From positions 146,363 through 210,362 of the forward strand of contig CAYQEJ010000001.1 in the NCBI GenBank assembly GCA_964416505.1: 64,000 nucleotides of DNA. The letters run 5' to 3'. This DNA comes from an uncultured Gammaproteobacteria bacterium (lineage in GTDB: Bacteria; Patescibacteriota; Microgenomatia; Levybacterales; UBA12049). Under the pieces are notes generated by a model that saw nothing but the letters and a program-made list of their open reading frames with translations, was not told the DNA's origin and ran no database searches. This document shows positions 59,164 through 64,000 of the stretch, piece after piece. Position numbers and translations under genes: made by a program. Each line of letters begins with the position of its first letter. Positions within the stretch are counted from its first letter, which is position 1.

Positions 59164-60133
59164 TCAGATTTACCCTATACCATTCTATAGTTTTTAAAAG
59201 ACCTTCGTCCAATGATACTTTAGGGGTGTACCCGATTTTTTTATCTGCTTTTTTATTATCGCTATTTCTTCTAGGGCTCCCATTTGGCTTAGATGTGTCA
59301 AATTTTATTTTATACTTTTTTCCAGCAATCATAAGAATCTTACCTACCAGATCCTTTATGCTTATCTCCTCGTTAGTCCCTAAATTTATAGCATCCGGAA
59401 CAGGATATCTCTCTATTGCCAAAATCATATATTCCGCTAGATCTTCAACATATAAAAAGGCTCTTGTTTGCTTACCGTCTCCCCAAACATCTAAAGGATC
59501 TTCTCCATCAAAAATTCTTTTTATAATCGCTGGTATAACATGTGAAGTTTGCGGATCAAAATGGTCTCTTGGCCCATAACAATTATATGGCCTCACTATT
59601 CCTACCTTCATACCAAATTCTTCTACGTAATACTGTCCAAGCTTTTCACTCATTCTTTTAGCCCATCCGTATCCACCATTAGTAGGCTCAGGCTCTCCAA
59701 TAAAACCTTCTTCTTCCGGAGTCGGAACACTTGCTTCCCTGGGATAAACACAAGCAGAAGAAACAACTAAGAATCTTTCCACCCTAGATATCTTCGCTGC
59801 TTCAAGCATAATAGAGCCAATAAGCATGTTGTCCCTAAACATTGTTCCTTGATGAGATCTGTTATATTCAATTCCTCCAACTCTAGCAGCGAGATTCATA
59901 ACAACATCCTGATTTTTACATACGCTTAAAGCATCCTTTAAATTCGCACAGTCTCCTTTAATAAATTTATATTTTCCCTTTATATTCTTGAGGTTATCTA
60001 AATTGCCATTTTGAAGATTATCCATTACCGTCACCTCAGCACTTCTTTCCACAAGCTTTTCCACAACATGACTCCCAATAAAACCTGCTCCACCGGTAAC
60101 AAGCACTTTCTTTTTATTCCAGAAGTTTGACAT
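59147..60133 (-). CDS. NAD(P)-dependent epimerase/reductase, GDP-L-fucose synthase (Fcl)-like
   Basis: VLVTGGAGFIGSH Rossmann motif. The block SSACVYP...EPTNGGYGWAKR...YGPRDHFDPQTSHVIPAII...VWGDGKQTRAFLYVEDLA aligns with E. coli Fcl (SSCIYP...EPTNEPYAIAK...YGPHDNFHPSNSHVIPALL...VWGSGTPMREFLHVDDMA). Confidence 0.7.
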   Translation of the reverse strand: MSNFWNKKKVLVTGGAGFIGSHVVEKLVERSAEVTVMDNLQNGNLDNLKNIKGKYKFIKGDCANLKDALSVCKNQDVVMNLAARVGGIEYNRSHQGTMFRDNMLIGSIMLEAAKISRVERFLVVSSACVYPREASVPTPEEEGFIGEPEPTNGGYGWAKRMSEKLGQYYVEEFGMKVGIVRPYNCYGPRDHFDPQTSHVIPAIIKRIFDGEDPLDVWGDGKQTRAFLYVEDLAEYMILAIERYPVPDAINLGTNEEISIKDLVGKILMIAGKKYKIKFDTSKPNGSPRRNSDNKKADKKIGYTPKVSLDEGLLKTIEWYRVNLNAKSI

Positions 60134-60135
60134 TC

Positions 60136-61077
60136 TTACTTTTTAGCTAATATGTAGAGTCCGGGCCAGAATAGATCTGTTCCTGAGGCAACTGCTCTAG
60201 CAATACTTCTTAAAAAGTCATATTTTAAATATTCAAAAAGCAAAGGCACTTGAAGTCTATCTACATCCACATTCGAGGATTTAAATCCAGATTTTTTAAA
60301 TATTTTCCTAAGCTGTCCTTTCGTGAAAGAGTACTCATAGCCATAAATCATTCTTCTACTTTTTAGTAACTTTATATGCACAAATTCTGCAATCTCTTTC
60401 AATATTGGCGCATTGGGTATATTCCCCCAAAGCTGACGATATGTTAAAGATCCTAAATTGAGATAAGGAACTGTGTTAAACGCAATTCCACCTTTTTTTA
60501 AAACTCTAAAATTTTCTTTTACTACTCCAACTGTGTCTTTAAAATGCTCAATTACTCCTCCTCCGTATAGAAGATCAAAAGTGTTCTCTTTAAAAGGCAT
60601 TTTTGATATATCTCCGCAAACTAAAAGATAGTTTTTAATTTTCTCTTCTTCGAGATAAAATTTTGCTAGTCTTAACGCATTCATAGAATAATCAATTCCC
60701 ACTACAAAAGATCCCATTTGAGCCAACTCCTGACCTATAAAGAAAGGTCCGCATCCAATCTCTAAATATTTTTTATTTCTAAGAGTTTTAAAATTTTCCT
60801 TTATATATCTCATGTTTGATTCAAGATATGTTTTTTTAAATCCTTCTTTTAGAGATAGAAGTTCTTTTCGCTTTACTGTTTTCTTATATTCATCATCCCA
60901 CTTCTCTAATGAAAGCTTTACATCTTTTGCCATTGAGGGAGACAAGAGAATCGGAATATTATCTATAATTTCGTATGAAGCATTACATTTTTTACACACT
61001 AATTTTTTATATTTTAATTCTAGACTAGACCTACAGTCCGGACAACATAAAAATTTTACGTATTCTTTTTTAAACAT
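60136..61077 (-). CDS. Trm112-like zinc-ribbon + class I SAM-dependent methyltransferase (probable sugar O-methyltransferase)
   Basis: CCPDCRSSL...CKKCNASYEIIDNIPILL (Trm112/YcaR-type ribbon) followed by LEIGCGPFFIG (motif I) and VLKKGGIAF. Confidence 0.7.
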   Translation of the reverse strand: MFKKEYVKFLCCPDCRSSLELKYKKLVCKKCNASYEIIDNIPILLSPSMAKDVKLSLEKWDDEYKKTVKRKELLSLKEGFKKTYLESNMRYIKENFKTLRNKKYLEIGCGPFFIGQELAQMGSFVVGIDYSMNALRLAKFYLEEEKIKNYLLVCGDISKMPFKENTFDLLYGGGVIEHFKDTVGVVKENFRVLKKGGIAFNTVPYLNLGSLTYRQLWGNIPNAPILKEIAEFVHIKLLKSRRMIYGYEYSFTKGQLRKIFKKSGFKSSNVDVDRLQVPLLFEYLKYDFLRSIARAVASGTDLFWPGLYILAKK

Positions 61078-62221
61078 TTTTTTCTAAACTTTCAAATGCT
61101 TTATTAAATATATTTTTCCAGGAATACTCTTTAGATAATGCAAATGCGTTTTTTTGTAATTTATCATATTCTCTTACATTAGAAAATATGCTATTTACTG
61201 CTTGCGCTATTTCATCAATCTTATCATTTATTATTATTCCTGCTTTTCTATCCCTTATCACTTTAGCAATATTAGAAATATCAGACATTACTATCGGAAG
61301 CCCTGCGCCAAGATAGGTTTTAATTTTACCAGGGTCTGTATAATATTTAAAGCTGTTTTTTGATAAAAGATAAGGCGCTATACCCACCCTACATTCTTGA
61401 AGTAATTTGTCTACTTCTTTATTTTCCTTTATAAAACCTAAAAACTCTACACTCTTATCAATATCTAAATATTTTGACAATTTTTTTATTCTTTCCATTT
61501 CATTGCCTGACCCAATAATTCTTAATTTAACATCTGAATTTTCATTTAAAATTTTTGGCATAGCTTTTATTAAATTTTCTATTCCTTGGTCCTTACTAAG
61601 AATACCTAAGAAAACTAATAGATTTTTTCGTACTTTAGTATTCGTTTTCAATGGATTGCATCCAACAGGAACAGTAATTTGGTTATTGAGGTATTTTTTG
61701 CTTAATCCTCTTTTCTCTCTCTCAATTGCCATTTGGTCAGAAAGATTCCATGTTTGATCGGAGTATTTAACACAGATTTCGTCAATTTTATTATAAATTT
61801 TATTCAATAAAGAATTATTAAATCTATTTGGCACATAGTCAATCACATAATAAACAACTTTTTCTACTTTTCCCATTTTACGAAGAATAATTCCACTAAA
61901 AGCGTTAAGATTATCTACACCAAAAAAGATGTCTGTTTTTTCTTTATTTATAAAGAAAAAAATATTAAACAATAAATCTTTTATAAAAAATAAAACTTCA
62001 GGACCTCTTGCCGATAAAGAATAAAAGCTTTTTTGTTTTTTTCCATTTTTGTATATTCTTAGATTTGTTGATAAAGGCATATCATCTCTGGAATTTTTAA
62101 AAGGATGAGTCACGTAGTAAATCTTATTGGACTTATCTAAAATATAATTCAACAATTCTTCTTCCACCAAACTAGATAAAGTATTCGAATGATGTGCAAT
62201 TACAATATTTTTATATCTCAT
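61070..62221 (-). CDS. GT4-like glycosyltransferase
   Basis: GT-B architecture. The C-terminal nucleotide-binding half has GLPIVMSDISNIAKVI. Confidence 0.7.
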   Translation of the reverse strand: MRYKNIVIAHHSNTLSSLVEEELLNYILDKSNKIYYVTHPFKNSRDDMPLSTNLRIYKNGKKQKSFYSLSARGPEVLFFIKDLLFNIFFFINKEKTDIFFGVDNLNAFSGIILRKMGKVEKVVYYVIDYVPNRFNNSLLNKIYNKIDEICVKYSDQTWNLSDQMAIEREKRGLSKKYLNNQITVPVGCNPLKTNTKVRKNLLVFLGILSKDQGIENLIKAMPKILNENSDVKLRIIGSGNEMERIKKLSKYLDIDKSVEFLGFIKENKEVDKLLQECRVGIAPYLLSKNSFKYYTDPGKIKTYLGAGLPIVMSDISNIAKVIRDRKAGIIINDKIDEIAQAVNSIFSNVREYDKLQKNAFALSKEYSWKNIFNKAFESLEKNV

Positions 62222-63194
62222 TTTTTAGCTTATTTAAAATCGAAATATAAACATATAAACAAGGAACTGTTATGCAAAAGATAGGATGTAAAAACCATGC
62301 AACATCTGGTTTCTTTATAAATCCTCTTATGCTGATAAAAAGCGGATAAATTACAGTAACCATCAAAAAAGTAGTAAATATAAAATTAAATGAATTTACA
62401 CCATAATCATATTTTCGGTATTTTCTGTATTTTAGAAATAGTTTCAAATTCCTGCTTAGTTTTTTATGAAAGTCAAAAAAACTAGAAACATATTTATGTT
62501 CTACTTCATATTTCATAAGCAAAAATTTGTTTTTTTTCTTCTTAACTAATTCCATTATTGTGTCTAAATGAAAAAAATATGGTTCCCAGGAAGTGTTTTT
62601 TTTAATTAAATCTAATCTCGTAATATATCCCTGAGATCCAAGCGTAGGTAAATCATTTTCATTAAATTTGGCTAAAAAGTAATAATCATTCTCTTCAAGA
62701 ACCTGAGTCGTGTCAGTCCATTTATTTTCAAACAAAGATAAAACTCCTCTTTTCCCGAGCATGTAAACAAAAGGATCATTGACTCCAAATAACTCACAAT
62801 ACCTATCGTATAAATTATGTTTTTCTGAATATTTCCAATAGATTGCCTGCGCTCCCACCGCCTCTTTATTTTTCTCTAACGAAGTAATAAAGTCTCTAAT
62901 AAAATTTTTTGAAACAAGCTTCAAATCTGCATCTAAAAAGAAAAGATATTTACCTTTCGCATGAGAAATTCCAATACTTTTAGATTTTTCTATATGATGA
63001 TATCCACTTATAATTATTTTTGCTCCTAACTCTTTTGCGATCCTTACGGTATCATCACTGGATTTATCATCTACCACAATAATCTCAATAAGATTTTTTG
63101 GATAATTCTGTTCAGATACTGAATTAATACAGTCTCTGATATTTCTACTCTCATTAAATGTTGGAGTGATTATAGTTACCTTTGGAAGATTCAT
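62211..63194 (-). CDS. GT2 family glycosyltransferase with C-terminal TM segment
   Basis: VTIITPTFNESRNI, VVDDKSSDDT and LDADL motifs. Confidence 0.75.
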   Translation of the reverse strand: MNLPKVTIITPTFNESRNIRDCINSVSEQNYPKNLIEIIVVDDKSSDDTVRIAKELGAKIIISGYHHIEKSKSIGISHAKGKYLFFLDADLKLVSKNFIRDFITSLEKNKEAVGAQAIYWKYSEKHNLYDRYCELFGVNDPFVYMLGKRGVLSLFENKWTDTTQVLEENDYYFLAKFNENDLPTLGSQGYITRLDLIKKNTSWEPYFFHLDTIMELVKKKKNKFLLMKYEVEHKYVSSFFDFHKKLSRNLKLFLKYRKYRKYDYGVNSFNFIFTTFLMVTVIYPLFISIRGFIKKPDVAWFLHPIFCITVPCLYVYISILNKLKNEI

Positions 63195-64000
63195 AATTGA
63201 GGTTCAAGAAATTCTATATATTTCTTAAGTCCTTCTTTCCAATGAGGAAGAATAATACCTTCTTTCTTAGCTTTGATATTCTTTAGAACACCATATTCTG
63301 GGACCTTAACATTATTATAATTTCCACCCCTCTTAACAGGAATGATTTTGGTATCTTTATTTGCAAGCTTTATAATTTCTTTAGCAAAATCTGCCCAAGA
63401 TCCATATCCCTCATTAACAAGATGATAAATCCCTTTTGATTTTTTATTTTTAATTAATTTTAAAATTGCTTTCGCTAAATCATTTGCATTTACAAAACAT
63501 GCCAAATAATCAGACGCAATCTCAATTTCTTTTTTGTTTTTTGATTCTTTAAGAATATATAAAACAAAATTTCCTCCCTTTACTCTACTCCCTTCAAGCC
63601 CCCCAAATATCCCACAGGTTCTAATAATGATACTGTTTTTATTATAATTTTCTCCAATAATTTCTCGTGAAAGACATGCTAACCCATACATCTGTAAAGG
63701 GTTTGTAGAATCATTTTCTTTGTATGGTTTTTTCTTGCTTCCATCAAAAACCTTATCGCTTGAAAAGTCTACGTATTTAATATTTAACTCATTGCATATT
63801 TCAGCAATATTTTTTGATGCAAATACGTTGATTTTAAATAGACGATCCGGATTCTTCTCACACTCAGAAAGAATATGATATGAAGCAGTATTAATCACCA
63901 CATCTGGCTTCTTAAGCTTTATTAGTCTTCTAACTTTTTCATGATCTGTAACATCAAGCTCTGAACTATCATATCCAAATATTTTATAACCTAGTTTTTT
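63191..64000 (-). CDS. dTDP-4-dehydrorhamnose reductase (RmlD)-like NDP-sugar reductase, partial (N-terminus beyond window end)
   Basis: Upstream of the annotated Met the frame stays open to the window edge (...KKLGYKIFGYDSSELDVTDHEKVRRLIKLKKPDVVINTASY...). RmlD-like PDVVIN, YGxxK-like and LKxxK motifs. Confidence 0.65.
   Translation of the reverse strand, partial: KKLGYKIFGYDSSELDVTDHEKVRRLIKLKKPDVVINTASYHILSECEKNPDRLFKINVFASKNIAEICNELNIKYVDFSSDKVFDGSKKKPYKENDSTNPLQMYGLACLSREIIGENYNKNSIIIRTCGIFGGLEGSRVKGGNFVLYILKESKNKKEIEIASDYLACFVNANDLAKAILKLIKNKKSKGIYHLVNEGYGSWADFAKEIIKLANKDTKIIPVKRGGNYNNVKVPEYGVLKNIKAKKEGIILPHWKEGLKKYIEFLEPQL

Noticed and set aside
1-64000. CRISPR arrays, tRNA or rRNA genes, transposase or integrase genes
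   Set aside because: I scanned the intergenic gaps (2119-2223, 12273-12512, 14870-15085, 16939-17021, 31705-31898, 36890-36969). I found no tRNA-like T-loop or acceptor signatures, no regularly spaced repeats and no recombinase-like ORF.

Overview
AT-rich (~30% GC) bacterial window, probably from a small-genome Patescibacteria/CPR-like organism. This is inferred from many truncated core proteins (MurE 395 aa, RecO 178 aa, FtsQ-like 138 aa) and an abundance of GT-C membrane glycosyltransferases. Almost every gene is on the minus strand.

Left part (1-15 kb):
- Hypothetical and secreted proteins, some GC-richer.
- A module of two tandem cellulose-synthase-like GT2 processive synthases, a membrane-anchored GH26-like hydrolase and a GT-C enzyme.
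- A DnaQ-exonuclease/GIY-YIG fusion, HflX, and an exported cytochrome-b5-like protein.

Middle (15.7-31.7 kb):
- A complete but atypical division/cell-wall (dcw) cluster: mraZ-rsmH-ftsL-ftsI-murF-murE-murC-murA-[GlmU N-domain]-mraY-ftsW-murG-ftsQ(like)-ftsA-[small membrane protein]-ftsZ.
- There is a tandem GTGGG MraZ-box upstream of mraZ.
- murD, murB and ddl are absent from the cluster.
- Immediately downstream of ftsZ, the last 33 bp of ftsZ (encoding the conserved C-terminal peptide [10 protein letters not shown]) is duplicated as a direct repeat. The repeat flanks an ~800-bp segment carrying the only plus-strand ORF in about 50 kb. This looks like the scar of a site-specific integration into the ftsZ 3' end.

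Right part (33-64 kb):
- glyQS, recO, then a ~27-kb one-strand glycan-assembly locus.
- It contains a small phosphoglycosyl transferase, ManC, a GDP-fucose-synthase-like epimerase/reductase, an RmlD-like reductase, an ArnC/GtrB-like polyprenyl-phosphate glycosyltransferase, many GT2/GT4 enzymes, an acetyltransferase, a Zn-ribbon-methyltransferase fusion and at least five more GT-C proteins.
- These include a Wzy_C (O-antigen-ligase-like)+GT-C fusion of 1078 aa and two paralogous giant GT-C-like proteins (666 and 1102 aa).

No rRNA, tRNA or CRISPR was found.
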